Shown here one piece after another: positions 30,585 through 42,599 of a stretch of 64,000 nt of DNA. Below the pieces are notes generated by a model, which saw only the letters and a program-made list of their open reading frames with translations, had not been told where the DNA came from and ran no database searches. How positions within the stretch are numbered: the first letter of the stretch is position 1; each line of letters begins with the position of its first letter. Source of the DNA: the human T2T-CHM13v2.0 reference genome, Homo sapiens; NCBI RefSeq assembly GCF_009914755.1, contig NC_060927.1; one strand, written 5' to 3'. The position numbers and the translations under genes were made by a program.

Positions 30585-31990
30585 GTCTTCATAACCTTGA
30601 ATTAGACAATGATCTCCTAAACATGTCATTGAAAGCAAAAAGCAACAAAAGAAAAAATATATATTTGACTTCACCAGATTAAAAACTTTTATACAAAAAA
30701 AACACCATTAAGAAAGTGAAATGAACCCACATAAAGGTACAAAATATTTGCAATTCATATATCTGATATAGGTCTAATCCAGAATATATAAAGACTGCTT
30801 ACAACTCAATAACAAAAAGACAAACAACCCAGATAAAATTTGGACAAAATATTTGAATAGGTAGATCTCCAAAAAAGTATGTACAAATAGCTAATAAGTG
30901 CATGAACAGATCCTCAACATCATTATTCATTAGAGAAATGCACATCAAAACCACAATGAGACACCATTTTGCATGCACCAAGATGGTTATAATCTCTTCT
31001 AAAATGGAAAATAACAAGTGTTTACAAGGACGTGGGAAAATTGGAACCCTCATATATTGCTGGTGGGAATGTAAATGGTACATCCATTGATAAAAACTGG
31101 AAAATAGTTTGGCAGTTTCTCTTTTGAGAAGTGTCTGTTCATATCCTTCACCCACTTTTTGATGTGCTTCTTTGTTTTTTTCTTGTAAATTTGTTTGAGT
31201 TATTTCTAGATCCTGGATATTAGCCCTTTTCAGATGAGTAGATTACAAAAATTTTCTCCCATTCTGTAGGTTGCCTGTTCACTCTGATGGTAACTTCTTT
31301 TGCTGTGCAGAAGCTCTTTAGTTTAATTAGATCCCATTTGTCAATTTTGGCTTTTGTTGCCATTGCTTTTGGTGTTTTAGACATGAAGTCGTTGCCCATG
31401 CCTATGTCCTGAATGATATTGCCTAGGTTTTCTTCTAGGGTTTTTATGGTTTTAGGTCTAACATCTAAGTCTTTAATCCATCTTGAATTAATTTTTGTAT
31501 AAGGTGTAAGGAAGGGATCCAGTTTCTCAAAATGTTAAACATGGAGGTACTAAATGAGCCAGCAATTCAACTTCTAGGTATAAGCCCAAAAGAAATGAAA
31601 ACATGTGTCCACACAAAAACTGTATTCAAAAGTTCATGGCACCATTATTCATAATACCCAAAAGTAGAAACAACTAAAATGTCCATCGACTAGTGAATGG
31701 GTAAACAAAATGTGTTATATTCAAAAATTGGAATATTATTTGACCATAAAAAGAAAGGAAGTACTGATACATGCTACAACAGGCATGAACCTTGAAAACA
31801 TTGCACTAAGTGAAATGAGTTAAACACAAAATGCCACATAATTATAATTCCATTTATAAAAAAAAATCTATTATAGGAAAATTCATAGAGACAGAAAGTA
31901 GATTAGGGGCCGGGGGCAGTGGAGTAAGAGCGGCTGCTAACAGACATGGAATTTCTTTTTCTAGAATGATCCATGCAATGCAGGATTAGG
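30585..31990 (+). mobile_element. Old L1M (L1MB-like) ORF2 end/3' UTR, interrupted by an L1PA fragment
   Basis: Peptide IREMHIKTTMRHH; GAAAATTCATAGAGACAGAAAGTAGATTAG 3' UTR motif. Confidence 0.8.
31122..31519 (-). mobile_element. Internal L1PA (PA2-5-like) ORF2 fragment without poly(A) tail
   Basis: TTTTGAGAAGTGTCTGTTCATATCCTT...AAGGTGTAAGGAAGGGATCCAGTTTC, close to young L1 consensus; bounded by CAGTTTCTC at 31113-31121 and 31520-31528. Confidence 0.9.
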
Positions 31991-33300
31991 GTTGGAGACA
32001 AAAATATGAACTTATGCTAGTGTAACAGTGATGCAGAAGATACACAGTGAAGCATTAACAGACAGCGTATACACACACAGGTTAGTATACGCACATATAT
32101 TTGCTTGGTTTGTCAGTTGAGAAGCCCTAGAGGCCATATGAAATTCTAGTAACAGTGAACATACCTAGCTTACAAATATTGTTTTATGCCAATCTCTAAT
32201 AAAACAAACTACAGCCTCTTGAAGAAATGATTAGTTTTAGGACGGGAACAGAAAATACACAAGACAAAACTGGAACATCTTCTAGTACCAAAAAGTAAGA
32301 AATGCTCAAACCTATATACCACAGTGAAGGGATTCCAGGGCAACTGAAAAAGACCCTAATACCCAAGGCTACAAAAATTGTGATCAATAAAATAAAAGAG
32401 TATTAGATAATAACCACAGTTTGAAATAAATATGTGTCAATACTATTATAAATAAATGCTAAGGGGAGAAGAAGCCACAAGAATCCCACACAGAATTATT
32501 TCAAATAATTACGTAGGTGCTCCGTATCAAACAAGTAGAGCCTAGTTTCCTACGCTTTAAGTGTGGACTACACTTTGTGACTTGCTGCCTGTGAGTACAG
32601 TATATGAGAAATGAAAAAGTAAATTTACAGTGGAGAAACCTGTGAAACACTACATTAGCCATGTGATGAAGGTAAGCATCCACAGTGATATGTTATGAAA
32701 GTGTGTAGCCTTGCACATGTGTACAAATGTAACAAACCTGCACGTTGTGCACGTGTACCCTTGATTTAAAGTATAATAAAAAAGAGAAAAAAAAGAAAGT
32801 GTGTAGCCTTAATATAATTTGACGAAAATGGCACTTTATTTCTGTTGTCTTCCTTCCCCCAGACATTAATTGAATCAATAAAAATATGACACAATCCCAC
32901 ATTGAAAGCGAATCTGTAAAGCACTTGACCAATATATTTTAAAACTGTCAAGGTCATTAAAAGCAAGGAAAGACTGAGAACAGACACATGCAAGGGGAGC
33001 ACACGGAGACATGACTATCAAATATTATTTGGTATGACGGAAGAGATTCTCAGATAGAAAAAGGAGCTTAGGTAAACATGGAGGGCATATAAATAAAGTA
33101 CGGCCTTTAGTTAATAATGTATCAATATTGTTTCTTACTAACGTAAGAATTTATGAATTCTTACATTAGTAAGATGAATTTATCTTACCAATATAAGATT
33201 TTAATAATAGGGAAAACTGCATTTAAGGTATTTGAATATTATGTGTATCATTTTCAATTTTATTTAAATATACAACTCTTCTAAAAATAAAACACATATT
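31990..33300 (+). mobile_element. L1MC3-like long 3' UTR
   Basis: CAGAAAATACACAAGA..., TTTACAGTGGAGAAACCTG, AAAACTGTCAAGGTCAT, TTTAGTTAATAATGTATCAATATTG motifs. Confidence 0.75.
32713..32794 (+). mobile_element. Ultra-short L1PA 3' end (82 bp) with perfect 16-bp TSD
   Basis: GTAACAAACCTGCACGTTGTGCAC..GTACCC..TTAAAGTATAATAAAAAA; GAAAGTGTGTAGCCTT at 32697-32712 and 32795-32810. Confidence 0.95.
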
Positions 33301-33610
33301 TTAAAAGATAGGCAAATGATTTGAAGACATATTTTACCTAGGAAGATGTGTGGATGGCAAAGAAGCATATGGAAAGTTGCTCAGTTGATCCATAATGAAT
33401 AATTCCTATATACCTATTGGAATGAAAAGGATTAAAAAGACTGACTGCACTGCATGTGGGTGAGGATATGGAGAAATCAAATCTCTCATACTCTGCTGAT
33501 GGGGATTTAAACTGGCACAACTTTTGATAGAAGGATGAAAGTTTCTTAAAAGTTAACAATTTACTCAATATGTAATCTAAGTATTTCATTCCTATGCATT
33601 TACCCTGTGT
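33300..33610 (+). mobile_element. Old L1ME ORF2 fragment
   Basis: GGCAAATGATTTGAAGACATATTTTACC..GAAGAT; CTCTCATACTCTGCTGATGGG. Confidence 0.55.
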
Positions 33611-34899
33611 CTCTATCTCCACCTTACTTGTTACACCAGTATAGGCTAATGGGTTAATAATTTTGAAACCACTTTTTTTCTCTTTCTCTCCCTCTCTCGT
33701 GACAACCCCACCTACACACACTTTAAACAGTTATGCTAAAATTATTATTCAGTACAAATGATTTTGCTTAAGGAATGAAAGTTTAACCATTCCTTTGACA
33801 TTGAGCTTATGATTCCTTCGGGAAGATGTAGATATTGAAGATTGATGTAGATATCAAAATCTTAGAGATTAACTAGTAAATTGCTCTCACTTTACAACTA
33901 AATGTACTGAAAGAAAATTGTCTCTAAGTAGCTAGTCCTGAGTCTTGCTTGCAGTAACAGTAGAAAAATAAATAACATTCAGGCCTGCCACTTTCTCTTC
34001 TTATAACTTGTGGAACTGTCATTGAGTTACAATAGTGTATGTATACATCCCTAACCAATGTACTGTATTAATTTCCACGTTTTTGAACTTTTTACCTATG
34101 ATATTAAACTGTTTATAATCATTTTTGTTTTTTTAATCTATGTTGATGAGTATAACTTCAGTATGTTTATTTTAACTGTTTTATAGTGCCACATTCCTTT
34201 TACAATACATGTAAGAATATAACACAAATGGGTTTTTTGACTATAAACTTATATGCAGCTACTGCACTCAAAGAAATCTAAAACATGTTTTTCTTTTACC
34301 CAGTGGGGAGGGCAAGAAAGAGGGATATGCAGTAGGCAGAAATTCATACTTGGAAAAAAACTCATTTTGGAAAATGGCAATGTCCTTTAGGTAAATATTT
34401 AAGGTGTTTGCCATTTTATACATGTGTATTAATATATGTAACCTTTTTACATGTTTCCTTCTTCACATATACAAGTCTCTTGTCTGAAAGGAATTGTCCT
34501 AGGAATATAAATGCTTGTTCACAAGTAGATGCGTCTTTGACTTTACTAGATAAAGTGAAGTTCTTTGAAAGTGGATTTTTCACTTTAAATACACAATAGC
34601 AATGTATCAGAGTCTGCAGTACCCACATGGACTAGCCATGGTATAATCCTACCCACCAATGTGAAAATATTTTGAGAGGAATATGGGAAAAACAGAAAAT
34701 TCACAGGATACTGTGAATATATGAAAATTTTGTTATTTAATAGTCTAGAATATAGATATGGGATAATGATGAGATACTTTCATATGCATTTCATGTAAAA
34801 TATATTAACTATTAAATATAACTTTAAATGTACAGTTATGGAAATATTTGCATTGTATTTTAGACAAATCCTTTTGACAAATTGGCTGCGAGCCACACT

Positions 34900-35115
34900 G
34901 TAAATATTATGGAGCATGAATGCAAAATGCCCTCTAAGTCTTTTTATCTTGGGCAATACTCTTTCTCTGGCTCAATTTTTACCACTAAAAACGGAAATGT
35001 TAATATCTGCCTCATATGCTTGTTGTGAGAATCAAATTTTTTAAAAGTATGCAAATAACTTGCTCAACACAGTCAGCAACATTAAATGTTAGCAACATTG
35101 TTATTACTATCATTA
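34900..35115 (+). mobile_element. MIR
   Basis: TCTTGGGCAA...TATCTGCCTCATATGCTTGTTGTGAGAATCAAAT...TAAATGTTAGC. Confidence 0.7.
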
Positions 35116-35496
35116 TAATTATTACTGAGAAATAGCAATTCAGTTCATAAAGATGTAAATGTTGATCCTATTTTCTAGCTGCATTGATCCTGAGAAGTAA
35201 TACTATTGTGTTTCACCACAGAACTGTTTTTAGATAAATTGTCTATGGTCTAGAATGCTTAGATAAACTAAGAGGGAAATCTACTGGTTCTGGCATAAAT
35301 GCTTACGTAAGAGACCAAGCAACTGTCTTCTAAGGCAATAGTAGTCAATATTAAGTCCAAGAAAGTTCAACTATTCAGGAATTAATGAGATGTCGTGTAA
35401 GCTGGCAGTTGTTTCAGGATCTGGGCAGTTATTGAAAGAAGCATAGTAGAATAAATCATATATAAATCCTCCTTAAATTGGAGTTTGATAGCCATT

Positions 35497-35858
35497 TGGT
35501 ATGGTTTGGCTGTGTCCCCACCCAAATCTCATGTTGAATTATAGCTCCCATAATTCCCACACGTTGTAGGAGGGACCCGGTGGGAGATAACCGAATCATG
35601 GGGACAGTTTCCCCCATAGTGTTCTCACGGTAGTGAACAAGTTTCATGAGATCTGATAGTTTCATAAGGGGAAACCCCTTTCATTTGGCTCTCTCATTCT
35701 CCCTTGCCTGCCGCCATGTAATACATCCCTTGCTCTTGCACCATGATTGTGAGGCCTTCCCAGCCACGTGGAACTGTGAGTCAACTAAACCTCTTTTGTT
35801 TATAAATTACTCAGTCTTGGGTATGTCATTATTAGCAGCGTGAGAACAGGCTAATACA
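35497..35858 (+). mobile_element. THE1 (THE1C-like) solo LTR
   Basis: TGGTATGGTTTGGCTGTGTCCCCACCCAAATCTCAT...AGCAGCGTGAGAACAGGCTAATACA. Confidence 0.93.
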
Positions 35859-36175
35859 TTAATCTGTCATTAGTATTTAACATAAAAGTTCTACATATCA
35901 TTAGAGTTGGTGTCCTAGTTTTAAAATACTCTCTCATAAAGAACTATGAATCTTTGAGAGAATAAATATATTTTGTCTTAAATAAAGCACAGAATGGCTT
36001 TAAGATATTTTTAAGAAAGACATTCACTCTATGTATGTGCATATAGAGGCAGGAATGCAGGCATAGAGGGATTCACAAATTGATAGCTGATGCTGATAAT
36101 GATAGATATAGATAGATTAGAGGAGTCAATTAACTGCTGAAAATAAAATAATTACAATAAAAATATCATATGTGT

Positions 36176-36425
36176 TAATAGCTAACATTTATAAAGTTGT
36201 TACTGAGCTCCATATACTGTGTAAGATTTTCTATAAACAGTCCTCCTTAACTACCATAATAGATCTCTGTGAAAAATATGATTGGTTTCTTTTATTTCAC
36301 AGATGAGTAAATTGAGTATATAGAGATTAAATAACTTACTTAAGACCGTAAATAGTGAGGATAGAGACAAGATCACAAGCCTCTTCTTTCAGTCACCAAA
36401 GCCCACAGTTTTAGTCCTATTCCTC
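36176..36425 (-). mobile_element. MIR, near full length
   Basis: AATAGCTAACATTTAT...TTTCACAGATGAGTAAATTGAG..AGAGATTAAATAACTT. Confidence 0.75.
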
Positions 36426-36628
36426 AGCTGCTGACAAGAATAACTAAGTCATCTGAAACATTTTCCATACAATAGTAAACCCCAAATTTGTCTATTCTTA
36501 GACATTCAATGTTTGGTTATAACATTTAGATATCTTGGAGGATTTGTTCTTATTCTATAATGAATCAAATGTCTTAAATGGGAAGGACCAGATGGTAGTA
36601 TTCAATCCTTAAGTAAATTTGAAATTTT

Positions 36629-36762
36629 GAGAAGGAAATAAGAAAGGAAGAAAGAAAGAAGGGAAGGATGAAAGGAAGAAAGGAAAAAAGGAGGGAAGGG
36701 AAGACTGAAGGAAGGGAGGGAGGGAGGAATGGAGGAAAGAGAGTGAAAAAAATGAAAAAAAA
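36629..36762. repeat. Polypurine GA-rich low-complexity tract (GGAA/GAAA/GGGA)
   Basis: Direct read; very few pyrimidines on the + strand. Confidence 0.9.
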
Positions 36763-38587
36763 TATTAAATGTCTTAATGCCTGCTGAACTACCTATAAAT
36801 ATTCTCAAAGTTTGTCTTTGGTACATCAATAAGGATCAAAGAGGAAATAAATCATACTCAATTTATTTACTATAGCAACTTTAAAATATAATCAGGATTC
36901 ATTTCCGTTGAAATTCTGTTGATGACTTGCATACAAAAAGTGTAGAATATATAACTAAAGTCAGTTTCTCTGGATGTTGATTTTCTACTATGTAAAATAA
37001 GAAGGCTGACTTACATGATGTTTCTAATTCTAACATTCAATGATTTTCTCTACATATCATGTTGGAGTGAAGAGGGAGGGGAAGTAAGAGATCAGCACAA
37101 AGAATGTTAAGAAAATAAATGGACTAGTGAATTCATAATTATTTTCATGACTACCACAAGGCATAATGAAGAATCACTGTGATTCTACTCTATAGAAATT
37201 TCAGTGCTCTCTGCTGCACTGAGTATTAGAAAAAAAATTATGCAAGCACCATTTCCTACATTTACAAATCTATACAGACTAATTAGCAATTAAATGGAAA
37301 TTTTAATAAATGCTATGAATCAAGCCTAATTGTATATGCTGTCAGCTAGCTGTGATATGAGAAATGCCATTCCATATTTTTTCTCTATTACTCTAAATAA
37401 TTGAGAATAAAGTGGGTGTGAATTGCATAACACTTCCTCTGTACTTCAAAAACATCAAGGAAATTCACAAGTCTTCTATTTACTATGAAACATTAATCAA
37501 TTTTACATTTTCATAGATATGAATATGAAACCAAGCAGATGATAAAAATATGTCTTATTCTGAATGGTGTCACAGTAAAATGAATACATTCTTTCAGGGA
37601 ACAGAAATTAGCTTTCAGCTGTAACATGTGTATGTTCATGCTCCAGGCACCTAGACTATAATTCATATAATAATAATAGTAGTGTAAAAAATCACTTGAG
37701 CATAATAGATTATCCACTTGTATCCCATTTTGTAATTTATGCTAATATGAATCATCGTGACCTCATCTGATAGGCAAATAACACTGTGACATTCTTTTAT
37801 TTTTAGTTGTCGAATAATTTTATAGAAAGGACTACTGTTCCATCTAAAATGATGATATTGTTATCCTAATAGCCAATAATTGGCTCCTTTCTTTATAGTT
37901 CTAAGTATTTTCTCATTTTAAAGGAGCAAGATCTAGAACATACTATTGAAATAGCTTCTAAATAAGCTTTAGATTATAAATCACAAGACAAATGTGAAAT
38001 ATTGTTACCATGCTTATTCCAATGCTCAATTGGTAAAATAAGTTGAAGTCAATTTAATCAAGTAAAGAAATATAGTTTAGTGATTTCCAGAAAAGACAGA
38101 TGGTACATAATATTAAACATCATTTTTAAATTCTATTTTGATTTCTAGTTGGGGTATTTTGGGTTTAATTTCTGATATATTTATAATAAATGCACTTACA
38201 AATGTTTGGTGTAGTTGTGGGATTCTACTTACTCAAAAAGATACTTGTGCATTAACCACACTTTTGTAATGTTAAAATTATAATTGAGACATTCAGTATC
38301 TCTCTTCATTATGTATCCCTTTATATAAGTGTAATAATGTAACCTATAAATGTGGGGCACAGCAAGTTTGTGGAACGGATGGAATTCAAACTCTGTTATT
38401 CTTTATTTCCTCTTAATTTCCGTATCATATATGTGAAGACTCCAACATTTTCTTTGATAATTTTCTTTTATTACCAAACATTTAGGTAATATCCTTAACT
38501 CATGCTAGTGTAAAAATAACTGATAGTACAGTTTACTATTCTACAGTAACATATTTTAACATAAAATTTTCTGAGTCATTGAAACTA

Positions 38588-38924
38588 TTGTCATGGACTG
38601 CTTAAAGACAGAGATATGTTAGAAGAAATGCATCGTTAGGCAATTTTGTTGTGGTGGGAACATCATATTGTACTTACACAAACCTGGATAATTTAGCCTA
38701 CTACACACCTAGGCCATATGGTATAGTCTATTGTTCCTAGACGATACACCTACTGTACATCAAGTTACTGTACTGAATACTGTAGGCAATTATAATACAA
38801 TGGTAAGTATTTGTGTATCAAAACATATCTGAAGATAGAAAAGGTACGGTAGAAATACAGTACTACAATATAAGGATGTGTATGTGATCTGTCATTGACG
38901 GAAATGTTATATGGTGCATGGCTA
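38588..38924 (-). mobile_element. Tigger3a MITE with TA flanks
   Basis: GAAATGCATCGTTAGGCAATTTTGT...TAGCCTACTACACACCTAGGC...AGAAAAGGTACGGTA; TA at 38586-38587 and 38925-38926. Confidence 0.88.
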
Positions 38925-39050
38925 TATGTTAATCATATTACAGTAGAGAATCATAAAGTAACAAAGACCATAGTAAGAGGTGGTTTTTGTTGTTGTTATT
39001 GTTTTTAATGTTTACTCTATAAAGTGAGAAAAAAATAAAAGAATACACAG

Positions 39051-39485
39051 GATGACAGTTAATTTGCTGTTTCAAATATACTAGGCTAAATGATGCCAAG
39101 GAGGTGGTAAACATTATTTCTGGGTGTATCTGTGAGTGTTTTCAGAAGAGTTTAGCATTTGAATCAGTAGACTGAGTAAAAAAGATCCACCTTCACCAAT
39201 GTGGGGGGCCTCACCCCCAATCTGTTAAGGGATAAAATAGAACAAAAAGGTGGAGAAAGGGCAAATTGTCTCTCTTCATATATATTCTTGAACTGGAACA
39301 TCTATCTTCTGCCTTCAGACATCAGAGTTCAGAGTTCATGAGTTCAGAGTTCATGGTTTGAACTCGGAGTGAATTACACCACTGGGTTTCCTGGTTCTCC
39401 AGCTTGTAGGCAGCAGATGATGAGTCTTCTTAGCCTCCATAAACCGATGAGCCAATTCCCATAATGAATCTTCTCATATAGATAC

Positions 39486-39532
<47 letters not shown>

Positions 39533-39583
39533 CAGATACATACCTCCTATTGGTCTGTTTCTCTGGAAACTTTGACTAATACA
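39051..39583 (+). mobile_element. MLT2B-like ERVL LTR
   Basis: AAACATTATTTCTGGGTGTATCTGTGAG...TTTGAATCAGTAGACTGAGTAAA; ends CCTATTGGTCTGTTTCTCTGGA..TGACTAATACA. Confidence 0.88.
39487..39540. repeat. (TAGA)11 tetranucleotide STR
   Basis: TAGA x11 at 39487-39530 followed by TACAGATACA. Confidence 0.95.
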
Positions 39584-39603
39584 TGCAACTTTGAAAATAT
39601 ATA

Positions 39604-40138
39604 TAGTAGCCAGCCTCCAAGATAGCTCCTAATGAGCCTCAACTTCTGTTCCTCAAACATTTATGAAAGGCCCTCCCACACTGTATCAGCATCAATCTAT
39701 GTAATCAATATAATATGACATAAATGAATTTATGTGACTTCTGAAGCACAATTATAAAATCTGTTGCAGCTTCTAGTGTGCTTTCCATGTATCAGTAGCT
39801 CTGAATGAATCAGATATTTAGCTATGATGACATGCAAACAATGCAATGAATTTCATGCTATAAGTAACAACCCCTAACAATAGCTGGCACCAGCTTGCTA
39901 TCTAAGCTACGTGAATGAGCCCAGTTGGAAGCACATTCTCTAGGCCCACTCAATTTTTAAGTAAACTGCAACAAAGTCTGACATCTACCTGCAACTCATG
40001 AGTGAACTTAAGCCAAAACAACCCTGTTCAATCCTACATTTTTGACTAATACAAACTGTGAAAAAATAAATATTAATATTGTTGTTTAACTCACCAAAAG
40101 TTGAGGTAATTTGATTTCCAAAATAGAAACCTAATAGA
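39604..40138 (+). mobile_element. MLT1F-like MaLR LTR
   Basis: GCCAGCCTCCAAGATAGCTCCTAATGA..., GTGAATGAGCC..TTGGAAG, ends AATAGAAACCTAATAGA. Confidence 0.75.
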
Positions 40139-41149
40139 AGTAAGAAGTAGTAGTTAAAATTATTACTGTTCTTATGTCATGATGTAATTTTTCTATTAAA
40201 ATTCAAGTTTCTACACACTGAATTTTATAATTTATCAGGTTACTTAATGATATATTATTATACATGATTATAGGACTTTCTTGACTTAACAAACACGATG
40301 TAGCACTTTGGGATCTATCAACATTTTCATTTGCTTTTTTTTTTCATTTTTGTTTATAAAAACTGTCTTTTGAATCAAAGTTCCCAAGATCATGGCATTT
40401 TCCCTCATATTCCCATTTCCTTCGAACATTTTAATATGCCACATATTTTGCTGATTGTCAACCTTATTACAGTTGGCATTATAAAAAAAATTACCTATTA
40501 AACAGTAAGCAGTACTTAATGAAATTTCTATTAATGACTTTGTTTAGAGGAATGAACCTGTGGGATATTTGTTTAAAGCTAAATGGATGAAGGAAAATAA
40601 AAATTATAAGTAAGATAAAGGACTGTAAAGTATACCTAATAGAAAATTGTAGTAACTTGACTTTTCTATGGTGCTCTTTCTTAATTACTAACTGACATTT
40701 AAAGTAAGTTCATAAAAATTGTTTTTTCTCTGGATTCAGCTTTACTTGTAAAATTTACAAAGCATATCTTGGTTTCTATGTTAATTAAATTGAAATCAGT
40801 GGGTTTTGCTATGTGCATTTTAAGATACAATAAAATGTAAATCCAATATTCAATTTATGTTTAAATTATTATGAAGGTGTCCAATTAGTTTTTTTCAAAA
40901 AATATGGAAAAATTTCCTTTTTCTTTAACAGAAATGAACCAGAAATGAAATTCCTTTATTCCTCATTTTACATCACCAACTATTTTGTTACTCAAATGGA
41001 ATATTTCACTAATATAGTAGATATTAAAAGTTACTTTAGAAAAATAAAAGTAAAGTTAATTTGGCTCAAACAAAAGTAATTTAAAATAAAATTATTTTCT
41101 GCCCAACCTCATTGTTAAGAAGAATTTGAAAATTAAAGCCATAAATACT

Positions 41150-41900
41150 ATTTTAAACTTCCTCAACAGAAGGAAATTAAAGTGTTTGAATTACTAAGCA
41201 TTAGTAAAGATATGGACCAAAGAATGCCTTAGTGTTTTATGGTGGCAGTAAAATGAATGCAAATCAATTTAGAAAATGATTTGAAGTCAACCAGCAAAAC
41301 TGAAGTGGCACTCTAATGCATTTTCTTTAGAGAAATTTTTATTCATATATATGAGCAAAAGTTTCTCTAAAGATAATAAACATATATGTATATATACACA
41401 CATATGTATGTATGAAGACATGGCTCAATATGCTCATAACATTTTACAATACAAAATACTCTAATAACTCAAATACTTATAAACAAAAATAGAAAAATAA
41501 AGGAATTTTCATACAATCAAATATTAAAGAGCAGTAAAAAATAAGTGAACCAGAATCACGTCAATGTGACTGATTTTCGGGAGCATAATGTTGAGTGGAA
41601 GAGCAAGTTATCAAATATCACAAGTATAATTTAACATAATAAAATTTCAAAAACAGGCAAAATCGATTCTGTATAATGTCTGTATATTGCTTAGGGGTAT
41701 TAGGTAAAGGAATGGCAAGCACAAATTTAAGGATGGTTTTCTGTGAGTGTGAGGAGATATAAACAAGATACACCAAAGTTGTTGGTAATGTTCTATTTCT
41801 TATGTTGTGTAGTATACATATGACATTCACTCTATGTTTTTATCATATTTATTTACGTATTCATTTGAATATGTATCTATGTGTATGTAAATATATTAAA
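41150..41900 (+). mobile_element. L1ME 3' fragment
   Basis: CATAATGTTGAGTGGAAGAGCAAG; AAAATTTCAAAAACAGGCAAAA. Confidence 0.6.
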
Positions 41901-42599
41901 TACTGATAATCCTTTATGTAAATGTATGTCGATATCTGGAATTTAAACCAATGTCATTCTGGATTTGCAAATCGTGTATACTGTACACTATAACACAATA
42001 ACTTATTTTGAAAAGCTACCCATTATAAAAAGCCACTGGAACATCCACTGTTGTAAAAAAATATAGAAATCCCTTAATTCATAAATATGGAGTGGATATG
42101 ACTTAAGAGAAATTAAATATTGAGAAAGTATTTGAAAAGGAGTAACTCAGTTTAAATTGCTTTGGTAAAACATGTAGAGCTCGCCACACAATCAAAGTGG
42201 CAACACAGGAAACAGACATCAGAAAAATCAATACAGTGTTAGGTTACATTTAATCATGATTGGTGTGAGTTGGCTTATATTACTTCATATGACAAAACTC
42301 TAGTTGCTGGAGTCAAAGGAAAAAGAGAATGGGGTGGAGAAGTGGCAAGAAGAAAAGAGGAAAAACATAACCACACACAAAATAAGGATAAGTAGAAATT
42401 TAATATGTAGAAGAAAAAATTATTTCCTGTAAATTTTCATGTATGTAATAAAATTTAATTTATAATCATGTAATATTAATGGTAAGTAGCTTACAAATTA
42501 GGATAAGAAACAAATTATCTAAGTTATAGAGAAAGTTATAGGGATAGCCTTACAAATAATGATAAGAAACAAATGATCTAAGTTATAGGTGTTTACCAC

